The position numbers were made by a program, and so were the translations under genes. Below, piece by piece: positions 8,632 through 17,476 of a DNA stretch of 64,000 nucleotides (positions are counted from its first letter, which is position 1; every line of letters starts with the position of its first letter). This DNA comes from a virus. Lineage: Duplodnaviria; Caudoviricetes. The DNA lies in the IMG/VR virus record IMGVR_UViG_3300012016_000003, positions 23,612 to 87,611 of that record; one strand, given 5' to 3'. The notes below the pieces were generated by a model. It was not told the origin of the DNA. It made no database searches and saw nothing but the letters and a program-made list of their open reading frames with translations.

Positions 8632-9252
8632 ATGCTGAATTATCTTGATGCAAAGAACGTACTTTTTACACGTGGAATTACCTTTGACCTGAAACAATAC
8701 CTATTTGTTGCACAAGTGGTGTTGGGCGAGGACAAGGGTACTGCCTATGCCATGATATATGACCGTGAGAACTTTGTAAAGGAAACGGGTACGGAGGATG
8801 AACAAGAATACCTTTCAAAATTCATCAAGGATGCAGATGTGATGCTACAGCAACAAGAGTGTCAGCATCTAAGGGATTTTTTGGATGAGAACTACCAAAT
8901 GGATGTTCAGCAAAGTGCAAGTACATTGAAGGACTACAAGTTTACTGGTTCGGAGGTTCAGCAACTTTTGGCAAACCTTCTTCACAACCGTTCAAAGGAA
9001 CTTGACGATGCAAGTGTAAAGGATATTCTAAGCCTTATCAAGACAATGTATGAACAAGGTGCTCTTGATTCGGGCGACACGTTCCAGAAGCACTTCATAA
9101 CGGTAATGCCCAAGTTTAATGCCTTGTGCCCTGCTTGCAATCATGAGATGGATATTGTGATGGGTGTTGATTGCATTTGCCCACACTGCAAGCAGGTCTT
9201 TAAGTGGAGTGAACAAGAGAAAAGGTTCTACCCCCAACCATCCAAACTTTAG
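8632..9252 (+). CDS. Hypothetical protein with C-terminal zinc ribbon; weak candidate for terminase small subunit
   Basis: CPAC...CPHC motifs; likely start at ATG8632. The TerS idea is inference only. Confidence 0.6.
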   Translation: MLNYLDAKNVLFTRGITFDLKQYLFVAQVVLGEDKGTAYAMIYDRENFVKETGTEDEQEYLSKFIKDADVMLQQQECQHLRDFLDENYQMDVQQSASTLKDYKFTGSEVQQLLANLLHNRSKELDDASVKDILSLIKTMYEQGALDSGDTFQKHFITVMPKFNALCPACNHEMDIVMGVDCICPHCKQVFKWSEQEKRFYPQPSKL

Positions 9253-9257
9253 CACCT

Positions 9258-9497
9258 ATGGAAACCGTTTGGCATGACCTACGAAAGAAACCAAGACCAT
9301 ACGAATATCTGCTTGTTGAAACATACACCGAGCATTATCCGTATAGGGTTTGTTTCTACATCGAGGAAGGGTATTGGAGGGATGCGTACAAGACATCATA
9401 TTTCCATCCAAAGCCATATAAGTTGCAGCACCCTAATTGTGATGATGATTTTAGGGTAAAAAGATGGGCTTATATCAATGATATAAAGAACATATAA
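9258..9497 (+). CDS. DUF551-like small protein
   Basis: WHDLRKKP...VKRWAYI pattern. Confidence 0.6.
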   Translation: METVWHDLRKKPRPYEYLLVETYTEHYPYRVCFYIEEGYWRDAYKTSYFHPKPYKLQHPNCDDDFRVKRWAYINDIKNI

Positions 9498-9620
9498 CTT
9501 TACTTAATAAAGCAAATTGTTGTAGGAAAGCCACACAAAGCATTTTAAAGCTTATGGGTGACTTTTTATGTTCCTTCCCTTATAAGTTATCACACAAAGC
9601 AAAATAGCCCCTTAGAACGG

Positions 9621-10007
9621 CTAAAAACAAGGTGTTCCGATTTCCTCCACCGCAAGACGCATAAGTTCTCCATGCAAGTAAGCCGCTGGCTCTTGGTCAT
9701 AGGGCTCTCCATAGTAGTCTATGATTGCCGTTGTGGCATGGTAGAGTTCGTGGTTCAGGGAGTCCCAAAACTGGCTTGGAGATGTAGAATGCCCTATGTA
9801 TATTGATGTCATCTTTAGGTCATTGTTGGAAATAGCCATCCCCGTATTCGGCCCAGATAAAATCCACATTGCCTTGTTTATCTCACGTTCCCTCATCCCA
9901 AAGGATTTCATTACCGCAGCCATGTCATCCCAATCGGTCATGTCAAAGTCATAGTTGACCAAGACACCCCAATCATTGTGCCCGACCTTTAGATATTTTG
10001 TTACCAT
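9621..10007 (-). CDS. HExxH zinc metalloprotease-like protein, last gene of the module
   Basis: HELYH with EPAAYL; likely start ATG10007 overlaps the upstream stop. Confidence 0.65.
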   Translation of the reverse strand: MVTKYLKVGHNDWGVLVNYDFDMTDWDDMAAVMKSFGMREREINKAMWILSGPNTGMAISNNDLKMTSIYIGHSTSPSQFWDSLNHELYHATTAIIDYYGEPYDQEPAAYLHGELMRLAVEEIGTPCF

Positions 10008-10426
10008 GCCTTGTTTACCATTTGTTCCCAAAAAATTATAGTACCCTTTGCACTGCAATCCGCAAGGAATCGGCAAAAGACGATACCATCATACCCGTCT
10101 GGGTCACACAACACATCATAGATGTACTTTGCCATGTGTGCCTCATCCTCTATACTGCTTCCCCAAAAGTCAGCCTTTACCATGTTTGCCAAATACAAGG
10201 CATCATAGATATTGTTTGTTTCTATATTAACCTTGTGCTTTTCGAGCATGGTTTTTAGTTCATCAAGAGTTACTGGAGTTATCTTTTTCATCATGCCAGT
10301 AGTCTTGTCCTCACGTTTCATCTTTCCAACTGCAAATTCACAAAGGTTCTTGTTGAAGTGCATTCCATAATAGGAAAGATATTGTTCCATGTCCTCTGGA
10401 ACTAGATAGTTCAATAGATTATCCAT
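10001..10426 (-). CDS. Conserved helical protein (recalled as DUF7841-like)
   Basis: YLSYYGMHFNKNLCEFAV and YLANMVKADFWGSSIEDE motifs. Confidence 0.7.
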   Translation of the reverse strand: MDNLLNYLVPEDMEQYLSYYGMHFNKNLCEFAVGKMKREDKTTGMMKKITPVTLDELKTMLEKHKVNIETNNIYDALYLANMVKADFWGSSIEDEAHMAKYIYDVLCDPDGYDGIVFCRFLADCSAKGTIIFWEQMVNKAW

Positions 10427-10522
10427 ATTTTCTTTATTTTTTTTCTTGTTTAAGAATTAAGAATTAGGGGTGGAATGACCCTTTGTAGAAGAAAGCCACC
10501 CACCCCTTACCATGCCTAGCAA

Positions 10523-10780
10523 TTACATATATCGACCTCTGCTGTCACGTTGTCTGCGGAACTGTTCCTCATTCATTTCATCCTCGGAATCCTCCCATCC
10601 CTCACGATAGCCTTGACGATAGCCCTCACGGTACATTTCATCATCACGATAGCTTCCACCACTGTTTCCACCACGGTAATAGCCACCGCCACTACGCATT
10701 TGTGTTCTCATGGCACGCCTCATCTGCTGCTTGCTGCTGCCACCACTGCTTTCCTTGTCATCAATAAAGATATATCCCAT
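10523..10780 (-). CDS. Gly/Arg/Tyr-rich low-complexity protein
   Basis: RSGGGYYRGG and YREGYRQGYREG repeats. Confidence 0.7.
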   Translation of the reverse strand: MGYIFIDDKESSGGSSKQQMRRAMRTQMRSGGGYYRGGNSGGSYRDDEMYREGYRQGYREGWEDSEDEMNEEQFRRQRDSRGRYM

Positions 10781-10806
10781 AGTTGTTTGAGTTGTTTAGA
10801 CGGTTT

Positions 10807-11352
10807 CTAAATAGACGTTGAAGAAGGCGACCCATTCAAGGAACGTAGTATCGCCAGCATTTCTGCACTTTGGCTTTCCAAGGCAGAAAGTTTCGCCTCC
10901 GTTGCCTTTTGCTTTTCCTCCAATGATTGTATGGTTCTTGCCTGACGCTTGTTGTCGGCATATTGCGGGTTCAACACCTCAAGCATCTTTTCACTTTCCG
11001 AAATGACGCTCTTGTGGTATGGTATCTGGTCAAGTGCCTTCTTTGATGTCTGCAACATAGCATCAACGGCTTGCAGCATAGCTTCTCTGCTACCACTGAA
11101 TGTGTCATTGCCCTTTGCGGCTATCTCCACATTGACGGGTATCTCACTGAATGTTTCATCCTTGCCGTTGATTGTTGCCACCAAATCCACCACTTGCTGA
11201 ATAGGCATACCAGTCATAAGGTTCGGTGTTTGGGTTTGAAACTTTGCACGAGGCTGTGACTTTGACTTTACTACACCAACCTCAAGCACTGGCTTTTCCC
11301 CTTTTCGGAGTATGTAGAACGGATTGCCGTTCCCAAGACTATTAAAATCCAT
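10807..11352 (-). CDS. Hypothetical protein with C-terminal coiled coil
   Basis: 181 aa with a heptad-rich C-terminus. Confidence 0.75.
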   Translation of the reverse strand: MDFNSLGNGNPFYILRKGEKPVLEVGVVKSKSQPRAKFQTQTPNLMTGMPIQQVVDLVATINGKDETFSEIPVNVEIAAKGNDTFSGSREAMLQAVDAMLQTSKKALDQIPYHKSVISESEKMLEVLNPQYADNKRQARTIQSLEEKQKATEAKLSALESQSAEMLAILRSLNGSPSSTSI

Positions 11353-11364
11353 GTGTTTTACTTT

Positions 11365-11395
11365 TTTGTTAATTCACTTTTTTGTTGTATATTTG
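11365..11395 (+). promoter_or_regulatory. Bacteroidota promoter of the HNH cassette
   Basis: TTTG (11365-68), 19-nt spacer, TATATTTG (11388-95). Confidence 0.75.
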
Positions 11396-11398
11396 CAT

Positions 11399-11495
11399 TG
11401 GGAATAGTTCGGAGTTGCAAACCGAATGACAAGAGGTAAGTCAACACCTCTTTCCCGCTTTTTTCATCGTTGACATCATTATAAACAAAGTTGAC
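11399..11495 (+). ncRNA. Structured 5' leader (three-way junction with loop-pairing partners)
   Basis: P1 GGGA/TCCC, P2 TTCGG/CCGAA, P3 AAGAGGT/ACCTCTT; covaries with the copy at 47410. Confidence 0.6.
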
Positions 11496-11955
11496 AATGA
11501 CAAACGAGGAATTTATTGAGTTTATAAAACTCAAAGGCGAGAATTGGAAACCAGTTGAAGGATGGGAAGGGTGGTATTCTATATCTTCTTTTGGTCGTGT
11601 TGTTTCCTTGGAAAGAACAATACAATTAAAGAATGGAAAGAATTATCACATAAAACAAAAGCTACTAAAGCCTAATAAGACTATTCACAATGGAATATGG
11701 TATAATTATATATGCTTTCGCAAAAGTTGCAAAAAGTATGTATATGGAATACATAGGCTTGTTGCTGTTGCTTTTATCCCCAACCCAAATAATTACCCTG
11801 AAATTGACCATATAGATAGAAATGGGCTAAACAACCACATAAACAACCTACGATGGTGCAATCGCACTATGAACATGAGCAATAAAAACACAAAGCAAGC
11901 AGTAATTAATGCTCAACGTAAAAGGCGGCTGGCTGAATCTCTTGCCAATCAGTAA
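11491..11955 (+). mobile_element. NUMOD4-HNH homing endonuclease gene, antisense within the module
   Basis: ENWKPVEGWEGWYSISSFGRV (NUMOD4) and IHRLVA...DHIDRNGLNNHINNLRW (HNH_3). Confidence 0.88.
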
Positions 11956-11986
11956 GTCAAAGAACTATTCCCATTTGTTTGGGTTA

Positions 11987-12325
11987 TTAGACAGTTGTAC
12001 GTGACATTAGTTGCAATATGCCATCAAACCGATTGTTGAACACAAGGAAAACGCCAGTGCCACCAATCAAGTCTGCAACCGTAGCTGGAGTACCATCAAA
12101 GAGTGTTAATGCTCTTGTTGTTCCATTTAAGGTTATCGTGATTGGTAGTGTGGAAGTTGTTCCAGTGGGGATTGCATCGGAAAGCCGAACTGTAAAATAA
12201 CCTATCGGTTGTATTCTGCGAAACCCCAAAGCAATGTCAACTGACTCCGTTCCAACTGTCACATTTGTTGAAGGTAGGTAGGCTATACCACCTGCATTCG
12301 TTGTTATGTTGTTAAAACATCCCAT
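11987..12325 (-). CDS. Beta-rich hypothetical protein of the module
   Basis: 112 aa with alternating hydrophobic beta-strand patterns. Confidence 0.75.
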   Translation of the reverse strand: MGCFNNITTNAGGIAYLPSTNVTVGTESVDIALGFRRIQPIGYFTVRLSDAIPTGTTSTLPITITLNGTTRALTLFDGTPATVADLIGGTGVFLVFNNRFDGILQLMSRTTV

Positions 12326-12346
12326 ACAAAACCTCCTTTCGCCTAC

Positions 12347-13336
12347 TTAAAATACGATATTACCTCCGAACCCATTGCCACCGTACCATCCGTTATATCC
12401 ATTGGGGTAAAAACCACCACTTACATACGGTGTTGCGTTAAACACCTGCAAGTTTGGATATTGAACGCTAACAGTTTCGGGCATACGACACTTGATGTCA
12501 TCCACCTCGCGGGCGAGTGCGGAAATCTGACCGATAACGGGGGCAACTGCTTGCTGAACAACACCAGTGGTGAAGTTCTGGGACTTCAGTGTTGCTACCT
12601 CTGCCGTAAGAGCCGTAATCTCCCTATCCTTGCGGTTAGACTCCAACTGGTCTATCTTGTTGTCAAGAGCAAGATAGTTACGGTTCATCGTGTCAGTCAA
12701 TGCGTAAGTTTGTTGACAATCAGCCAACTGCTGTGCTGCACGTGTTGCGGTAATGTTGTCATTTACGCCGTTGATGCTGTTTTGGAGAGCATTTGTTTGT
12801 TGACAAAGAGCCAACTGATTGTCGCAGCAGCACTTCTGAATGATGCTTGCAAGGTTAGCATCACCTGCCTGTACTGCGTTAATCAGTTGCAAGGTTGACA
12901 TACCCTGTGCGTTTGCAATCTGATTGAGGGTGTTCTGTGCCGACTGAATACCTGCATTTGTTAAGTTGAAGTCCTGACCAAGCATTGTGCTCAATGTCTG
13001 GATTGCAGTTCTTGATGCCTCACCTTGGTTTGTGATTGCATTCATGATAAGTTCCCGACCCGAATCATTGGATAGCTGATTAGCCAAGAAAGCCGCACCA
13101 GAGTTTCCTCCGCCAAAGCCTCCATTGCCAAATCCACCACCGTTCCAGCCGAACATTGAAGCAATGATAGCAAGTCCAAACAAGTCAGCAATCCCGTTCA
13201 TTCCATAACCGAAACCGCCACCAAAGCCAAAACCATTACCCATACCGAAACCACCGATAGGGATAGAGAAAGGGATGTTACCAAGTCCACTATTGCCACC
13301 GCCATTATTGTCTGGTAACTGATAAATTTCTGCCAT
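12347..13336 (-). CDS. Gly-rich membrane/coiled-coil protein, first gene of the module
   Basis: G/F/N-rich N-terminus, TM-like IADLFGLAIIASMFGW, Q/N coiled coil with KCCC, and G/N/Y-rich tail. Confidence 0.8.
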   Translation of the reverse strand: MAEIYQLPDNNGGGNSGLGNIPFSIPIGGFGMGNGFGFGGGFGYGMNGIADLFGLAIIASMFGWNGGGFGNGGFGGGNSGAAFLANQLSNDSGRELIMNAITNQGEASRTAIQTLSTMLGQDFNLTNAGIQSAQNTLNQIANAQGMSTLQLINAVQAGDANLASIIQKCCCDNQLALCQQTNALQNSINGVNDNITATRAAQQLADCQQTYALTDTMNRNYLALDNKIDQLESNRKDREITALTAEVATLKSQNFTTGVVQQAVAPVIGQISALAREVDDIKCRMPETVSVQYPNLQVFNATPYVSGGFYPNGYNGWYGGNGFGGNIVF

Positions 13337-13535
13337 AATAATTTCTTTTGTTTTGAATTGTTTGAAAAAAAGTTTTTCTACTCACTTGTGTAACCGATTA
13401 CGCTTGTAAATGTATATTCAAAACAAATGAATTGCTAGCAATACTTATTTAAGTTCATTTCAAAGTTCTAATGAACTAATACACAAATAGTTACAAGGCT
13501 ATTTTATGGCAAGTTGATATTTTTTTTCAAAAAAC

Positions 13536-13570
13536 AAAAAAAAGATGGTAACATTACATTACCACCTTTT
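13536..13570 (-). terminator. Intrinsic terminator, possibly bidirectional
   Basis: AAAAGGTGGTAA-loop-TTACCATCTTTTTTTT on the minus strand. Confidence 0.65.
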
Positions 13571-13835
13571 CTTCTTAATTTTCATCTATAAACAACTTGT
13601 ATTCAACAAGTTATAGATTCTTGTCAAAATAAGCAAAAATTCTCATGCTTAATTTTCCCCAATTTATTTTTTTTCACTTTTTATAGTGCATAGAGGTTGA
13701 CCGTAATCATCCATTGCACTTTTTATCCATCCTAATTGTAGCGAAATCGCCATAATTAATCAAGGTCATCCCTCGGCACTCCCAAAAGTGTCATCAAGGG
13801 GTAGACGATGTATAGTAATATCCATTCCATAACTA

Positions 13836-16814
13836 TTACGAATTAGGTGTTGATTCCTCACTTGAATATGTTAGCCATGCGACCTTATTTGTAGCAGCAT
13901 TATACCTTCCATATCTAGGAATGTTAGTATATTCTCTTACGGTGCCACCCTTCCCATCTGGAATAAGATTATAAACAGCTGCATCAATGAATGTGAAATT
14001 AACACCGCAACATCCAAAATCTACTTGTTCGTAATCTATATCTCTAGCAGGAATATTTGAAGGAGGAACTGTGAATACAGTGTTATCAACAGGTAAAACT
14101 TTTTCTCTACTATTAAAATACATATGACATCCAACACTTTCGTAGTAACGTCCAGATGTTCCAGAAATTGAATGCACAAACGTATTCCCCCTTAATACAA
14201 CCATACTTTTAACTTGGTCGTCTGTGAGAATGACTTTATTCGCTGCTCCATTATCATTAGGATTAACTGTTCTTATGGCAAAATGTGAATAAGGGCGATA
14301 AGAATACCCCGATATTACAGTGTCGTTTACCATTATCCTATTATTGTATAAATACAACTTGAAATCCCAAGTTGCGCCATCTGCAAGTTGCACATCACCA
14401 GTACCACTTGTAACTATACTTGTCGGTGGTGCTATGGTAATAATTGCGCCAAGATAAGGTGGATAGGTGTAACCCTGCGGATAGGATATACCATCTTTCA
14501 CAGTCACTTCTGGGTCTGTAAAGGATGTATTATTGAAAGTACATCCTTCAAATGTAGCTGACTTGATGTTCCAAAAACTAAATGGTCCAGCATCAGTCAT
14601 ACCTACTTGATAACCAAATATATCAAACCAACAATTCCTGTATGTTACTGTACCTATACATGATGTCTTCCAAGGCAAGTCGCAAGTTTTGAAATGACAA
14701 TCCTCATAGATTACATCAGTTATTCCTCTTGTCTTTTGCGAATTATTAGTGGTAAATGTTACTAATTCGCAGTTATGGAACTTCATATAGCCGTAGCCAT
14801 TCACAACCCCGTCTACCTTAGTTCTGTCACCTACTTCCCAAACACCGCCTATATAGGTATCATAGGCTTCTACATTGCAATTCTCAACCAATGCTGGATT
14901 TATATATGCACCTATTGAAATCAGTTCATAGTAATGCCGTACTCGTGGGTTCAAGTATCGTAGCTGGGAATTGTAGAACCTTACTTTGTTGTAACTGTTT
15001 TCAAAGATGAATGACGTTGCCCTCAAGTCACAGTTATGCAATTCCAAGGCAGATAATGAATAATCATCATTGTCCCAATTAGCAGCAAGTCTTGAATATC
15101 CTCTATATACCACATTTTTCATAAACACATCCGAAGATACAATTATAGAGTCGTAAGTTTGGATGGTCTTGTCTACAAGTTCGATAGTCAAATCATAAAT
15201 AGCTATGGCACTGCAACCAAATAACCGACTCCAACTTGTTGGATACTTTTTATTTACCAACCGACCTGAACTTGGTCTATAAGTGTTATCTATTGTAAGT
15301 TTATTACCATTCCCATAAATGGTAAGTTTACGGGCGGGTTTATCTCTCACGGCTATCTCTCCGTGCTTGAAATCTACTTTATGGTTTTTACTTAAACTTA
15401 TTGCAGTACAAGAAAATAAAGAAGCATCTGGGTTTACTGTCATTGCCATCCAAATATCATCGAACCACACGTCCTTCATCACTTGGGAAAATGACTTGAT
15501 TATTTTCACATTCTCAAAGAATTGCACATCGGGACAATCAATAATGACTGGATTGCTTGTATCAATAGATGAATTACTAAAATCTATTGTTCCATTCTTA
15601 ATCTTACCTCCAGCATATTTAAGGACAACTCCATTGGCGGGCTTTATTGTGCCACCGTTCAAATCCATGTCATAGGCAATCTCATAGATTGTGTTTGGCG
15701 TGTTGAAAGCATCGGATGCAAGATAGTTTATCGGCAGACTTTCCGTTGTGTCGGTTTCCCATGTGTTTCCATTTCTTTTTATGTAATGGATAGTACCTTT
15801 ATCCATATAGGCAAATACCTTTCCATCTTCTACGCCAAAATTCACATCACTAGGCTTCTCTGCCCAGCCATCATAGTAGATGTCACTGAAAGCCCAACTT
15901 CCAGTATTCCATTGCCACTTAAAATAAACTTTATTTTGAGTTGTATTAAGCACAATAAATGGCGCAGACTTCCTGACACTCTTATACAATCTTGCTGGTT
16001 CGGAAGACGTTGCTGGCTTTGTGGCAAACGGGAATCTCTCTTCCTTTCCGTATTGCGACTTTCCACTTGGGTTTGTAGATGCATCGTATTCGGATGGGTT
16101 TCCCACAAAATACTCCGTAGCATAATCATACCCGTCTGGGTTAGAGTCCGATTTTGCAGAGGTTTTTTCAACTGATGTTCTTGTAACACTTTCAACGCCA
16201 TGTATCCATGTAACATTGGAGTAGGTCTTTACCACATCCTTTTGAACAAGGTTTAAAGGCACATGAGCATAGCCTTTGGATGAATTGGTGGTATCATGGT
16301 CACTTCCACCGCTACCACCTCCTTGTATCTGGATATTGCCTTCGCCCAGCAATGAATTTCCGTTTATGGTCTTGATGTTCGTTCCACTTTGCAAAGTTGC
16401 TTGCTTGCCATCCAAGGCTTGCTTGATGACCTTGTTTTGTACTGGGTTCGTACTAGTGGCACTCAATTCCGAGTCGACAGTATAACTTCCCTCACCACCT
16501 TCACCACTTGTCCTTCTTGTGGCTTCGCTCACGGGTACTAGCCTAAAGTTCAACAATGCAAGACTTTCTTGTCCGCTTGCCCCATAGTTCTTGTAAAGCA
16601 CAAGCCTATGAACACCAAGGGATTTTTGTTCTGATGCGTAGAACTTTGTGGTAACATAATCTCCATCCCTTGTGAACTCCATCGTCCTAGTAGTAGTACT
16701 TGAAGGATTCTCTGGGTCTGGCATCGTCATTACCAATGTAAGGTTTAAACCCTCCAAAGCCGTATCACTATGCAAGGTCAACGTGGCATTCTTGTTAATG
16801 GTTAATGTTAGCAT
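13836..16814 (-). CDS. Tail spike/fibre with probable parallel beta-helix (depolymerase-like)
   Basis: TLQSGTNIKTINGNSLLGEGNI phage-fibre motif; C-terminal half rich in short beta/Asn-ladder repeats. Confidence 0.65.
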   Translation of the reverse strand: MLTLTINKNATLTLHSDTALEGLNLTLVMTMPDPENPSSTTTRTMEFTRDGDYVTTKFYASEQKSLGVHRLVLYKNYGASGQESLALLNFRLVPVSEATRRTSGEGGEGSYTVDSELSATSTNPVQNKVIKQALDGKQATLQSGTNIKTINGNSLLGEGNIQIQGGGSGGSDHDTTNSSKGYAHVPLNLVQKDVVKTYSNVTWIHGVESVTRTSVEKTSAKSDSNPDGYDYATEYFVGNPSEYDASTNPSGKSQYGKEERFPFATKPATSSEPARLYKSVRKSAPFIVLNTTQNKVYFKWQWNTGSWAFSDIYYDGWAEKPSDVNFGVEDGKVFAYMDKGTIHYIKRNGNTWETDTTESLPINYLASDAFNTPNTIYEIAYDMDLNGGTIKPANGVVLKYAGGKIKNGTIDFSNSSIDTSNPVIIDCPDVQFFENVKIIKSFSQVMKDVWFDDIWMAMTVNPDASLFSCTAISLSKNHKVDFKHGEIAVRDKPARKLTIYGNGNKLTIDNTYRPSSGRLVNKKYPTSWSRLFGCSAIAIYDLTIELVDKTIQTYDSIIVSSDVFMKNVVYRGYSRLAANWDNDDYSLSALELHNCDLRATSFIFENSYNKVRFYNSQLRYLNPRVRHYYELISIGAYINPALVENCNVEAYDTYIGGVWEVGDRTKVDGVVNGYGYMKFHNCELVTFTTNNSQKTRGITDVIYEDCHFKTCDLPWKTSCIGTVTYRNCWFDIFGYQVGMTDAGPFSFWNIKSATFEGCTFNNTSFTDPEVTVKDGISYPQGYTYPPYLGAIITIAPPTSIVTSGTGDVQLADGATWDFKLYLYNNRIMVNDTVISGYSYRPYSHFAIRTVNPNDNGAANKVILTDDQVKSMVVLRGNTFVHSISGTSGRYYESVGCHMYFNSREKVLPVDNTVFTVPPSNIPARDIDYEQVDFGCCGVNFTFIDAAVYNLIPDGKGGTVREYTNIPRYGRYNAATNKVAWLTYSSEESTPNS

Positions 16815-16818
16815 TTCT

Positions 16819-17472
16819 CTAATTGTTTAAGTATTCCGTAGGGTCAAAGACTAACTTTTCTGGATAACCTTGAGTAAAGTCATAACCCATTATTTCTTCT
16901 TCACTATTTAACCCACTTATAGCCATCTTGTGAGTAGCCGTTACAATGGCACAAGCATCGGCATACCTTTGTATCTTCGCCAAGGCTATCTTTCCCTTTT
17001 CAATAGGGATATTGAGTATCATACCCAAGATAGGCACGATGATTGATGTTTCGCCAAGTAGTTCGGCAGCTTCAATACTTGCCTTGTAGGTGTTCCGTGT
17101 GTCCCTATCTATCCAAGTAAGTTGCTCTCCAACAAAAAAGCCGTTTACATCAATAGAGTTGTCATACTCCACAAGTTGCTTTAGCTTATCTTCTTTGTAT
17201 AGGTCTAGCATACTTGTAGGTTCTTCTTCGGGAATGTCCTCTGGTGTTTCGGCTTCCTCTTGCTCCCTTTCCCACCTTTCAAGTTCTGCAAGGTAGACCC
17301 CACGCATTTCCTCGGTAATCTCATACCAGTTATTCACGGAGTCATTCTTGCCAAGATAAAGCCTATTGGATATGATTCTATCACTTATAGGTACACTAGC
17401 CTTTTGCGTTATCCAATACCCCGTAGATGGGGTAAGGATTCTCAGTCCGTTATCTTTCTCTATCAGTTCCAT
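16819..17472 (-). CDS. Tail fibre assembly-type protein (DUF4376-like C-terminus)
   Basis: WIDRDTRNTY...IQRYADAC...YDFTQGYPEKL pattern; lies between fibre genes. Confidence 0.65.
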   Translation of the reverse strand: MELIEKDNGLRILTPSTGYWITQKASVPISDRIISNRLYLGKNDSVNNWYEITEEMRGVYLAELERWEREQEEAETPEDIPEEEPTSMLDLYKEDKLKQLVEYDNSIDVNGFFVGEQLTWIDRDTRNTYKASIEAAELLGETSIIVPILGMILNIPIEKGKIALAKIQRYADACAIVTATHKMAISGLNSEEEIMGYDFTQGYPEKLVFDPTEYLNN

Positions 17473-17476
17473 ATCT

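Noticed and set aside
11399-11495. Hammerhead, pistol, twister or HDV/theta ribozyme identity for the leader RNAs
   Set aside because: Catalytic consensus elements (CUGANGA/GAAA, nested double pseudoknot and others) could not be placed.
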